From NCBI RefSeq assembly GCF_037042905.1, contig NC_087245.1, forward strand, positions 27,590,001-27,654,000: a stretch of 64,000 nt of DNA. Direction: 5' to 3'. The notes beneath the pieces are model-generated. The model searched no databases, was not told where the DNA came from, and saw only the letters and a list, made by a program, of their open reading frames with translations. This DNA is from Lytechinus pictus. Lineage: Eukaryota. The translations under genes and the position numbers were made by a program. Shown here piece by piece: positions 39,391-51,708 of this stretch (the stretch's first letter is position 1; the number at the start of each line of letters is the position of its first letter).

Positions 39391-39677
39391 ATTATTGGCA
39401 TTATATAGCGCTTTATCAATCTACGACTGTTCAAAGCGCTTCACAATTATTATTACCCGGTCACTGGATTCATAGCATTTCAAGCAGCCTGTTAGGCGCA
39501 CACTTGCTAAACCAACCACAATGACGGTTGTTTCCTACCGGTACCCAATTAGCACCTGGGTGAGAGTGGCAATGTGTGGATTGACGCCTTGCCAAAGGGC
39601 GCTAGGCCATGGTGGGATTCGAACACACGACCCTCTGATTACAAGGCGAAAGTCAGAACTGCCACACCACGGCGCTT
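39381..39677 (-). mobile_element. tRNA-derived SINE with CORE-like domain
   Basis: Minus strand reads GCGCCGTGGTGTGGCAG...GTTCGAATCCC...CCTTTGGCAAGGC...CACCCAGGTGCTAATTGGGTACC...AAGCGCTATATAA, then a TTATT tail. Confidence 0.85.
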
Positions 39678-39723
39678 GCACATATTTCAGATAGCTATTT
39701 CGAACAATACAGTATGGACTTTT

Positions 39724-39985
39724 CATCATCATCATCACCATCATCATCACCATCATCATCACCATCACCAAGATCATAGGTTACACCATTATCGTGCTTA
39801 TGATGACTCTATCATTATCATCTACATGCACATCACATATTTATTATTAACATCATCACCGTCATGACTACCAGCACAATCACTATAATTATCACCATTA
39901 TCGTCATCATCATCATCATAATTTCCTTCACCATAATCACCACCATCATCAGTATCATCATGATCATCACTGTTGTCATCTATCA
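39724..39985. repeat. (CAT/CAC)n microsatellite; also present at about 38990-39150
   Basis: Direct inspection. Source of the poly-His and poly-Asp ORFs. Confidence 0.85.
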
Positions 39986-40106
39986 TTTTGACGATTAATT
40001 TATTAATGATGATTCCTTAATACCATGTCTATATTTGCCTCGGATTTCGGTTTGCTATGTTCATACTCGTCAGACAGGCCTTTGTATACGTTCAAGATTT
40101 TATGTA

Positions 40107-40306
40107 CACTCTTACAAATGTTTGTCAACGTACTGTCCACACAACAATAATTGGTTAAAAATTTATCAAATTCTGGGTAGTTTTAAACCAATAATGTGTG
40201 CTTTGGGTGAACACTACGCAGTATTGGTTGGAAGCTACCCAAAGTTTGATCAATTTTTTAAACCAATTGTTGTGTTGACAGTATGTTGCCCAACATTTTA
40301 AGAGTG
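40107..40306. mobile_element. CAC-ended MITE (EnSpm-like)
   Basis: CACTCTTACAAATGTTTGTCAACGTACTGTCCACACAACAA ... TTGTTGTGTTGACAGTATGTTGCCCAACATTTTAAGAGTG. Confidence 0.75.
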
Positions 40307-40901
40307 TGTGTATTATTCACGTCTTGTTCTTATGGTAGCAAAAGAACGTGATATGCAGTCTTGGTTGACACATTTTACGCAAGAATTGCTTTCATTAGGG
40401 AAAAAAGGTTTCTCTATTTACATTTTATAAACATGATAAGAACAAATTTTCAATATCTCCATCTCTAATCTATATCAAACTTTATTACAGCTAGCTATGA
40501 CGAAGCTTACTGATTTAATTTCCATTTGTAAATTAATGATCATCAAGCATTAATGTAAAATATCGGTAGAAAGCAAATTTATGATTTACCGATATTTGAT
40601 AGCAGTTGCGAACACTTTAAGTTTGCTTGCTTAAGAAACTAAGCAATTTAACAAATTTGCATCCGGGGAAAAGTTTGCACCACTATTAAGACTTTAAGCG
40701 TTATGATTAATGCCTGACACCTTTCTTAGAATACAGGATTTAATTCCTGAATGTGGGGTGCCCTGCTAAGGTTCCTTTATCGATTGGTGACATTGTAATA
40801 CGAGTTATGTACTCGGTTACCAAGAGATAGTGGAACGTATAATGCTGAAATGTGTAAGCTTCGCCAACATTAATTCGTTTATTACTGGAAGCATATTAGA
40901 A

Positions 40902-40967
40902 AACGAAACTATCGATCATCATAAACCATACCTATGTGTATGGTTTATGATGATCGATAGTTTTGTT
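40902..40967. repeat. Perfect 26-bp-arm palindrome with 6-nt loop
   Basis: AAACTATCGATCATCATAAACCATAC-ctatgt-GTATGGTTTATGATGATCGATAGTTT. Confidence 0.95.
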
Positions 40968-41528
40968 AAGCACATCGCGATCAAAGATGCAGAAATGCAC
41001 TGATATTTCTTAATGTCTGATATCAACCAGATGCACTTCTGTTTTATTCCCTTATTCTTTGTCAGTTTATTCAAGCATCACGCGGTTAACCATGTGTATA
41101 GAGACGAATTAATGAAGACAAGGGATGTCGACAATAATTAGACACATTAACATCATGGTATGCTCCAAGTTTAAACAGTTTACAAGGGAAACTAAAATTG
41201 AAGACTTTCATAACAGGATGGTTACTATACTTTGATAACCAGGTTTGACTTCGTTTATTCATTTGTTCATTTTTCAAACATTTATTTTAATTAATTCATT
41301 CATTCAAATACTTATTACTTTTTAAACGAGATCACCTGGTTTTTTGGTATAGATAACTAAAAAGCGTCTGCCATTACTTTTTGTCATATCAACCATACCC
41401 CCATATTCAATATATAGTGCGTTCCAGAAAAAACCCCAAGAATTGTCATTACTTGATTACAAAATACTGATTGAATCCGAGGACTGGGGTAATAGTATAT
41501 ATAAATAAATATACATATATATATATAA

Positions 41529-42393
41529 ACTCCTCAAAAAAAGTTTGGAAATCTGACTTTGATCGTTAATCCCTCCTCGGTTCTAGTAAATATCAATGTG
41601 TAATTAATATCAATGAATAGATCATTTACTTTTCTTTAAACTGATACCCTAAATGATATGATTATGGTTCACATGGAGGTGCAGTGTCTTGAAATGTGGG
41701 CAAGGTCAAACTTCAAAAGTTGCAAAATGACACAGTATTGAAAGTCACTGTTCTTTTTTTCCGTGGTGATGAGTGAGTTTCTCAGCGGTTTCTTTTAATT
41801 GTTTTCATGCACCTTAACATCAACATTAACAGGGAATGAAACACACTTCTGCACAAGCAAACATATAACAAACAAACAAACCATCACTACATAAACCACG
41901 ACAAAACATAAAAAATGAAAAAGCAGGGGCTTGATATGAATGGATTTTCATCTCTATTGAAACAGACAAGAATCATGTTCTGTAATGACCCTTCATGACT
42001 ATTTCTGCTCGTTTTGCAGCTTTTCAATTCAGACCTCATCCAACACTTTTGAATCCTGCTCTTTTCGTGATGGCATGATCATAACAAGCATGTTATCATT
42101 TTAAAGAAAATTAAATGATCTTTTGAATGATATCAAATATGCATTGTGTAAAATTTTGAGTTGGGAGAAATTAATTGCCAAACTCAGATTTTCAAACTTT
42201 TTTTGCTCGTTTTGCAGCTTTTCAATTTAGACTTCATCCAACACTTTTGAATCCTGCTCTTTTCGTGATGGCATGATCATAGCAAGCATGGTATCATTGT
42301 AAAGAGAATCACATGATCTTTTAAATGATGTCAAATATGCACTGTGTAAAATTGGGAGTTGGGAGAAATTAATGGTCAAACTCGGATTTCCAA
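41529..42393. mobile_element. Tc1/mariner-like MITE with a duplicated right part running into a gap
   Basis: After (TA)n: ACTCCTCAAAAAAAGTTTGGAAATCTGA, with inverted match TCAGATTTTCAAACTTTTTTTG at about 42185-42206. A unit of about 200 bp (42006-42205) repeats at 42206-42393. Confidence 0.65.
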
Positions 42394-42542
42394 NNNNNNN
42401 NNNNNNNNNNNNNNNNNNNNNNNNNNNNNNNNNNNNNNNNNNNNNNNNNNNNNNNNNNNNNNNNNNNNNNNNNNNNNNNNNNNNNNNNNNNNNNNNNNNN
42501 NNNNNNNNNNNNNNNNNNNNNNNNNNNNNNNNNNNNNNNNNN
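42394..42542. other. Assembly gap
   Basis: N run. Confidence 0.97.
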
Positions 42543-42787
42543 TGTTCCTATATGTATTAAGCGTTATATAAAAACGGATTATTATTGTTATTATTTATAG
42601 AAAAATTACCTTTTCTTGTAAAGCTGTTTTTCCCTTTTCACCGTGTATATGTTATGATAAATCATCGACAATTCTCTGTTTATTGTTTATGGGACACACT
42701 GTTAATATACTTTCTTATAATCTGTCACCAGTCTTGAATCGCATTCACTTATGTGACATCGATATTACCCCTTTCTTGTCAATAGCG

Positions 42788-43088
42788 AGTTTGTCAAATT
42801 ACGACGCTGACGGATTCTACAACATTAGAATTCTATTGAAAATGCCCGTAAAATCACAATGAACAGTTGAGATGTCTTTGTCGAAAATTGGTGAACCGGG
42901 ACAGCTGATCGTCGTAAGATTCTGTGCTGACAAGAAATTGCAAATAATGTCATTTGTGCACAGTTAAGGAAGAAACTGCTATTTTGATTCACCGATTTTC
43001 GACAAAGACTGACTTGTCAGGAAGGGCTTTAGACAATAGATTTTATATGTTGTAAATTCCGTCCCCGTCGCGATTGTGAAAAGTCCCT
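42788..43088. mobile_element. Degraded foldback MITE
   Basis: GTCTTTGTCGAAAATTGGTGAA / TTCACCGATTTTCGACAAAGAC inverted pair plus outer arms. Related degraded copy at about 63640-63865. Confidence 0.65.
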
Positions 43089-45620
43089 AATAGAACGCTT
43101 TCGAAACATGACGGGAAACAGAGGAAAGAATAATCGGATAAAGGCTTTGTGCGCATGCTCATTCTGAAGGAAAGCTAAGACTGCCCAAATCGATGAATTT
43201 GTTCGTCCCCGACAATAAAACGATATGTCGTGTCTTCGATACCTCCTTATTTAAAAAAAAGTTGATTGTGAATAACACCGAATGTCATCACATCCAGCAA
43301 TTAACTTATTCTTAACGTCTGTCATCAATGCCATGACGCACAGATTGATGAAATATTACAGCAAATATAACACAAAATCATTGCATATAATTACATTTAA
43401 TCGATGTAGAAAGTGTGTACACGTAGATGATATTGTTTTTACATATTTGATATTCTTAATATTATTTATGATGGATGTGAATATCGGTTGAAATAAGGGA
43501 ATTCAAAAAAAAAATCAAGTCCAACTCTACATACTGATGAAAGCAGTGATGCTGATAAAAATCTATTTTCAATATCCATCATCATTATTCCACTTTACTG
43601 ATAAGACATCTAAGAAAGTAGCCATTTGAAACACATATACTACTGAATTTATCATTTCCGATTGTCTTTGTATATGGACCAACTGGTGGATAGTAGACAA
43701 TGGTTTGAGCTTTAATAAAGGTCATTTAAAATGCAGGAGATTGTCATGCTGACATTGAAAAATTCTACATGGATATTTTCCCTTACCCCAATATTAAATG
43801 TCCAGTACCTTTAAAGAGTGATAACCTCACATTTACTTTTCCAGCTCTAAACAGATACGGGAACTGTATTTCCTTCAAGCAAAATATGACATGAGAAAAA
43901 ATCCCTTGGCACTTACCTCACAAAGAATCTTAAAAACCAAAAATACATACGTTTTTAACCAAGATTCCCATTTTGCTCAAAAGTGATCCACTTCTAGTTG
44001 TAGCCTTGGAGCTTAAATTACATTACATATCAGTCGAATTCGATGGGAATTCTAAGGGGTAACCCTGATCATAATGGATTGATGCTTAGTATGAAACAAA
44101 AATGATTAAGAAAGCCCTCAGATCAAATCCATAACACACATTGATAAACCGACATCATGTTGACACTTCCCCCTGTTTAAACAACACGTGTGGGAAGCTG
44201 AATATCATTCGGTCAAAATTACAGCGGTACTTGCTTCTGCTTTGTTTAAATAATGGACTTAATTTCCATCATATAAAAGATAAAAAATATCTATCGGGAT
44301 TTTTTGTTCCAAGAATAAACATTTCGTTCGTGAATAAACCATGAACCCCTGCTATTGAAATGGCACTTGCATTTAAGAAGAGGGACGGGGCAGAGGTAAC
44401 TTTACCCTAATATAATAAAAACCACAATTTCCCCACTCCTTTTCTAGATAAACATCACGATTGAAACGCAAAAAAAAATGCCATTGTTTTTTGGCTCGCG
44501 TGTCGACACGATTCGTTAAGCATCCTTTGCTGCAACAAGAAAGCAAACTTGACATTTCAATTAAAACACTTACCAAAAATCACTTTGGTTTTCAGCTTTT
44601 TGATTCCCACTTTCGATACTAGGAGTTGGCTATATGTCATATATTATTATATCCTCTTTGTAGCCATTGAAAGCAACCCCAGATACTCAGGTCGTTGTTG
44701 TTGGTATCCTTACATTTTCATACTAATTTTGTTTCCAGTATGCAGTTAAGGAGGTGAGTTGCACAGTACGACAGGTTATCGATCCCAAAAGTTGAATTTG
44801 ATTTTAAACAAGCACATTTACTGGAATGCATGCATTAAGAGCGCTGCATTATCCTACATGCATGTCGATTATACCACAAAGTTTGGTCTCTATAGATAGA
44901 GTTTCGTAAGATTGAAGCAGAAACCGCGTGCCTCAGTGGAGGAAAATGGTAACAGTCCCCCTCTTCAAACTTTCAGAGCTCCCCGATGATGCTCTTTTTA
45001 TCAGAGAAAGGCTACCTGTTATTTAATTGTGTACCTGTTGAAATATGTATATACAAAATCTGTTTATCTAAGTTAGTTTAAATTTTCCTTCTGATATTTG
45101 CCCTTTTATCAGTACTGTCCATCTTCTAAACGATGCACTCTCTAGGTGCTGAAACGTTTCCGCTAAAGAGAAAGCCCATATAACAATGGAAATAGTGCCT
45201 GCCCGTTTGTGCGTGGTTTGTGGTCAGTTTGTACTGTTACATTGTAATTTACCGTATATTATTTCTATATCCATCTCTGTGTCAATTTCTTTTTTATACT
45301 GCATTTCCATGTTGAAACCCTCTTCAGGCTCTAACCGTATTTCTGCCCATAGTTTGCCTACTTATTTTTTTAAAATGATTTTTCTATTCATCCGTACTGA
45401 TAAGTGCATCTCACATGAGGTCCTTCATTAATTTCACCTTCTAACTTATGATTCATGTGATTGGTGAATCCCTTTGGCTCTCTGCTGTTATTATTTTACT
45501 TTTCGGAAATACCTCTGTTGAGCGTCATTCGAACAACTGGTGAAATCATTTTTTGTATCAAGAGAGAGCCACCTGATTGGCTATGAACAGTCAAAGCGAA
45601 GTGGCCGGAATAGTGACGAG

Positions 45621-45749
45621 GGTCCCGTAACACCAAGGTTAGTTACTAATCGTACACTCGATTTTCACAATTGATTCCACATTATAGTCAATGGAATCAA
45701 TCGTAGAAAACTGTTCTACAGTCATTGCTAAGCTTTGTGTTACGGGCCC
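45621..45749. mobile_element. Small MITE (Harbinger-like)
   Basis: GGTCCCGTAACACCAAGGTTAG ... CTAAGCTTTGTGTTACGGGCCC. Confidence 0.8.
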
Positions 45750-48700
45750 CAGGCTTCGCTTACGCTGATGTGAATGTGCCGTTGCAAGGTTTTCCTGAGA
45801 AACGCAAGAACTCTCAGGTTTAAACATTTATCTAGACTCTATAGAAAGGGAAAAATTTTAGGGGGAAAATGTATCTTTTCTAAGGTGGTCTATTGAAGCT
45901 ATAAAATACTTATTTTTTCCTGACTGTAGAGAAGGACAATGGCAGAAAAGTGTTGACTCCTTCAGGCTATAACACAATCTTTGGAGCGCCCGCGCACGGC
46001 AAGTCCTTGCCCTACCAGACTGCCGTGCCGACGCTACTTTCTCTTTGGTAATCTCGATACTGTGTTTGAATGTCATACCACTTCTAAGGGGTTATAGTTT
46101 CAACCTTTGTCATCTTAGCCATGTTAGAAGTCAATGTACATATTTTTTGCCTTGAACCTTGCGTAGTGTACCTTTGGGCATGAAAAGAATACATGTTTAC
46201 ATACATAAACATTCCTATTTCCTATATAATTATTATCCATCAGATGATGTTTTAGGTTTTCTTTAGGGACTTCTGACATATCTTCATTGTTCGTTAAGTG
46301 TATCAATAAATGCTTCATTACACTTTTCCTGAATATTGAGACTTGAAAAGTACATTTGCCATGAAATACCTAATGGTTCTATTAAGTGTAAGATGCAAAT
46401 TGTCAACACCAATAAAATTGATTTTATACAAATATAATTTTAAAGATATCAAAACATAGTGCGCATATTGGAGTATAAGGAGAACAGTTGCCATTTTGAA
46501 ACAGACTATAGTTTAGACCTCAAGTCACTTTATCCCTCTGTAATTTCTTGTGAAACTTCCTTGAATACTATCGAATAACAAGGGAACTAATACTTTTGTT
46601 AATGCCCCGTAACTCTTTTAGCCTTTATCTGCTATATGGAGAAATAAAACAGAAATAGAAGTTGACATAAGCAGAACTACAATCCCTGAACGTAAGGCAT
46701 TCAAAATTTGAATAAACGATAAGTAATTACACGTCAAAAATGGGTTACAAAGCCTCTCCTGGGTGGTAAACTCGAATACAAAAATAATTCTTTCCAAAGA
46801 AACCAAAACGAATATATCCATGTTTCCACTTTTTCATAAAGCAAGTGTAGGAAGGCAACCGACTTTGTCATTCAGTATCTTTCTATTGTACCTTCAAAGA
46901 AGGAAATGGTGTATTTCGTTTCACAATAAGATCCAAGTCTCATAAGACATACAGAGACGTTATACAATTAAACCCATGAATACATATTTTTCTCTATTCA
47001 AGTTGAACTGGCCCGTTTGTTCTTTTTAATAACATTTTAAACAAAACTTTGGCGCCCCTTTTTATTTGTCTTTATAGACAGCGACCACTTTGTGTTTTCA
47101 TTTCTAAGAATGAATATATATTATAAAGTTTGTGATTTTATTTCAATTGCGGTTGCAAAATATAGGTCAAATTCTCACTGTGTTAACTTGGCAGGTGGAA
47201 ATTAGAGGAAAAAATACTTGATTACCAAACAGACAAACACAAAATAAGAAAAAAATTAAAAAAAGACCAAAATAGCATACAGTCATCATTTAATATGTTC
47301 ATAAAATTGAAATAATTTGAAAACCCTGTCGAATGGGGGGATGAGGTGTGTATGAAAAATAAGAAATACGTTGTTTTTTAAATGGCACGTAGTTCGGGAT
47401 CACTCGGCTTCTTGCGACTCGACCGAAGAAGCTATCGATTTTCCTTTGACGCTAATGTCGCAAAGATACCCAGAAAAGTTAACGGGTAGTCGCTTTCTGA
47501 ACAAACCAAAATGTGATGGCAATTATCGATTGGTTAACCGGTGGGCGTCATTTCCGCGATCAAAAGGCAAAAAGATTGCTTGGGCTTTTAAAATGTACCA
47601 TAATGTCATGGTCAACATTGTATCAAGAAATTACTGAAGATATATACTAATTTGACAGACTGTGATTGGGTTTATATATGTTTAGAGTAGTGCTGACCTG
47701 ATTGGACTAAATAAAATATGTAATGCCTATGCGATCGATGAGTGACTCAAATTTCCGCTAAAAATTTACGTCACGCTGAAGCGTTATTTGAGCGTATGTC
47801 ATTATTGCTTCTAACGTTATATCACTATCGTTTCCTGTATTACGTTCTGACAATGACAGACTTTAAGCTTCTTGACATTACTTTATCGTATCACGTGTCA
47901 GCTTCAGGGTCTGTCTTCTTCTCTCCATTGCCCGACAAAATTCAGAGCGCCATTTCGTCTAATTAATCCATGTAAACGAAATTTGTTCTAATTAGAATTT
48001 GAGATATTCATTTTCCATCCTGGCAGTTTTTACGACTTCATTACGCCCCCCCCCCAGAATATTCAAACACGCACCTAGACGGCCTCGCCTCAACAAGTTT
48101 TGCTTTCTTTAATCCAAAAACCATGCATGCTTGAATTTATGTCCGTTGATTCCGCATGCCCTCGGAGAAAGAAATTCATTAAAGCGGGGTTTAGTAAACA
48201 ACATTTACAAGAAGGATATCTTTAGATAAAATAGAGTGAAGGCATAACCACATATCCAGGAGTACCCACGTCAACTACTGTAAGTAACTTAGTAGCTTTC
48301 GAAGGTGTGTGTGATAAAAATGTCCATATTTGCTGCAAATGCAAGAACTTATTCTTTATCAAAAAAGCAGTTGAAATCTGAATTTCATCCTCGGGACAGA
48401 CTACTAAACTAAATTAATGTGTCCTGCTATTTGAAATACATATTTAATGTATAAGTACCTTTTTATTGTTATTTTCTCAACAAAGCAAAAACTTGTTTTG
48501 AACAAAATCACTTTTTTAATCGAATTTGGATAGCTCATTGAAATTGGGATAAAAACTATTCATCAGAAAAAGCTGTCACAGATGCTACCCTTTACTATGG
48601 ATCTGCACACCGCACCTCATATTATTCCAATCAAGGAACTCTTGAATTTTTGCAGGCCCGTTGATTTGAAATTGCGATATTGACAATATTGATAATTAGA

Positions 48701-48879
48701 TAGTCTGATACATTTGCCTTTAATTGTTTAATAGTTCATTATACAGTTATAAATATTTATTTATTTGTTTATTTATTTATTTATTTATTCATTTATTTAC
48801 TTATTACAAATCTTTATCCAGAGGAGCCTGTTCAGCTTTCTACAAAAATATGTCAAATTACACAAATATATTCAATTGT

Positions 48880-49137
48880 GTGGAGCGTCGTGGCCCAGTG
48901 GATTAGTCTCCGGACTTTGAAACAGAGGGTCTTGGGTTCAAATCCCAGCCATGGCGTAGTTTCCTTCAGCAAGGAATTAATCCACAGTGTGCTGCACTCG
49001 ACCCAGGTGAGGAAATAGGTACAGACAGGAAGTAAATCCTCAAAAAGCTGAGTAGGTAGCCTAGCTTAGCCGGGGTAATAGCAGGGCCCGCTGGGAGAAC
49101 AGTTTTCCAAACTGAAGTGGCTACCCTTGGTAAATAT
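48880..49137 (+). mobile_element. tRNA-derived CORE-like SINE with the same head as the 3559 copy and a different 3' tail
   Basis: GTGGAGCGTCGTGGCCCAGTGGATTAGTCTCCGGACTTTGAAACAGAGGG is nearly identical to 3559. Tail GGGCCCGCTGGGAGAACAG...CTGAAGTGGCTACCCTTGGTAAATA. Confidence 0.9.
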
Positions 49138-49368
49138 TAAAATGTTCATAAGATATCTTCACCCCCTACAAAAAAAATAAAAAAAACTCCTTACTACAAG
49201 ATTCATTATCTTTTCCCCATGTTCTTTCTTTCGCTGTCCCTCTTTCTTAAAGTCTAATCCCGTCTTTATTTTATTCTGAAATGTCTGAAATTTTGGCAAT
49301 TAAAAGTAATTGTTTAGCTTTTAAATCATGTGTTTGGTTAATGTTTGACGCATTTACTCTTACATGTA

Positions 49369-49834
49369 CCGTGTGAGTAAAAAACTTGACACTTCACAAA
49401 TTGCAAATTTAAGGAAAATATGTCAAAAACACATAATTATGTGGCATTAGCATCCATTTCAAATACACCTTTTCAATAATTTACATTATCATTGTTTAAT
49501 AAACACTTTTTAGTATCAAATCTCAAGTGAATTTTATTGAAAACGGATTTGCAAATATGTTTACTAACCCATGTAGGATTATGACATCATTAGCATCTGG
49601 ATTCATTCATTGCAGTCATGCCTTACTTTGGTGCAAATCAAAATAAACATTGCTGCAAAGAATACCTCCTGATCATCCAAGAGTTGGCACATACCCCATA
49701 AATAGGGTATTAAATCAGTTGGGAGATATATTGGAAGATACTCTTTCCAGTCATATATAACGATTATGCGTTCGTGGCATGATTATTTTCTTAAATTGGG
49801 GAGTTGTGAAGTGTCTATTTTTTTACTCACACGG
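49369..49834. mobile_element. Tc1/mariner-like MITE with TA TSD
   Basis: TA|CCGTGTGAGTAAAAAACTTGACACTTCACAA ... TTGTGAAGTGTCTATTTTTTTACTCACACGG|TA. Confidence 0.88.
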
Positions 49835-50308
49835 TATATACAATTATTATACGAAATAATATTCGAAAGGACAAACAATAAAGAATGTGATATACAATCA
49901 GATAAACAAGAATTTTTAGTGTAATGCGGTTTACCATTCAGATGGGATTCTCTTCCATTTCCTTCCTTACTAAAATAATTTAGAGCTGGCAGCGATCAAA
50001 GATATAAAAATACAACGAAAAAAAAAATAAAGTAGAAGGGGGAATCAAGGAGTCATAGAGATGAATATTGAGAAATGGGCAGACAAATATTATGATGTCA
50101 AGTGTGAACGTGTTTGTGAAGACGTGCTTTTTATCACGCACGTGTAGATGAGAAAGATGGTGGATTGGGTGTTATTTGTCTATGGTGTGAGTGTGAGAGA
50201 GAGAGCGAGAGCGCGCGCGCAGGTGAGCATGAGTGTGTGCGTATGGGGTTGTGTAAGGATCTGTATGTGTGTGGGGGTGCATGGTTCAAGGGGAAGGGTG
50301 TGTGTGGG

Positions 50309-50419
50309 TGCGTGCGTTTTGGTGTGGGGGTGTGTGTTTGCTTCAGTTTTTGGTAAATATATATATTTTTATTTACCAAAAACTGAAGCAAACACACACC
50401 CCCACACCAAAACGCACGC

Positions 50420-50420
<1 letters not shown>
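50309..50420. repeat. Perfect 51-bp inverted duplication with 10-nt spacer
   Basis: 50309-50359 is the exact reverse complement of 50370-50420. Followed by (TA)n and poly-T. Confidence 0.95.
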
Positions 50421-50464
<44 letters not shown>

Positions 50465-51130
50465 TTTTGCATATCCTTGCTGCATATCCTTGTTTTTTGC
50501 ATCTCCTTGTTGATATAAAATGAAGATTTTTAATTTTTTTTATTTATCTGGAGTTTATGTAATCCATTTGAATGAAATCCTTAATAAAACATGTTGAAAA
50601 AAGGTGTGTTGATGTGTGTGTGTTTAAAAAGAAGAGGGTGAGTGAGAAAGAACAAAAAGAGATTGAGAAGCAGAAAATAAGTAGAATAAACGAGAAAAAA
50701 AAATTGAAACGGCGAGATATTCATATAGACTTTTTAAAGTATAATTATGCGAGACAAGGCTAGACTTGGACGATTATTATGTGAAGTGCTCATCACGCGT
50801 TATATTGCCGATTCCAACTATATAAGAAATAAAACAAAAATATATTATGAGAGAAACGCGACATCACGACGAAGATGTTTGCCTAAGTGTTGGCTAATGG
50901 ACCAGTGTACGTGCAGGAAATAAAATATAAACAATATGCTTTTAGTTCACATTAAAAGCTTTAATTATGAAAGTAGCCTCCATCTTGTTCAGAACAAGGG
51001 AAGGTCGCAGTGCACGTTATATCTTCGTTATCTCAGTCAGATATGAACTAATATGTCAATCAAAAATTCACCGAGAACCCAACAATGTATGATTATCGAA
51101 TAAATAAGACTTACTTTCTTTATATGTATA

Positions 51131-51708
51131 CAGTGCGTCCCACAAAAAACGAAACCGAGATTTAGCGATGATTTATCATAACTTAATCATAAATACAATA
51201 GACAAATGACCTACCAACGTAAAGCTTAGCATCCCCTCTTTCATCTGAGATTACTTTAAGTATTCCTCATTCACGCATGAGTTATTAAAAACAATTTGAA
51301 GAAAGGATACCAAAAACTCATTTGGCGGGGGGTATCTGAACTTCAAAAAGAAAATCACATGCCTAAAAAGTTCAATATCTGTTTTTTATTTCATACCTTA
51401 ATCACAGAAAATGGTCCAGAAGTAAAAAAGTTATATTCCCTCGAAACAATGCTTGTATTACCATAAATTCATCAAATAATTGCGTTTTCACCGGTTTCTC
51501 ACTTAAGCTATCGCACGGTTCACAAATAATGCTTGGCTGATCGTCAACAAAGCGGAGTGTCGAATGAGTCTGGACGCTAGCCTGTAAAACCTCTTCATTT
51601 TATGGAATTATTGAAATTCAGGCCTTATTTCAAATAAACAGAACTTTATTATTTGCTGGCCATTTTCTGTAATTGAGGTATCAAATTAAGGAGCAGATAT
51701 TGAACTTA
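51131..51708. mobile_element. Tc1/mariner-like MITE, right end missing
   Basis: TA|CAGTGCGTCCCACAAAAAACGAAACCGAG. Internal inverted match AAGTTCAATATCTG / CAGATATTGAACTT. Confidence 0.6.

Noticed and set aside
42006-42393. Tandem duplication of about 200 bp
   Set aside because: It abuts an N gap and may be a haplotype or contig-overlap artefact.
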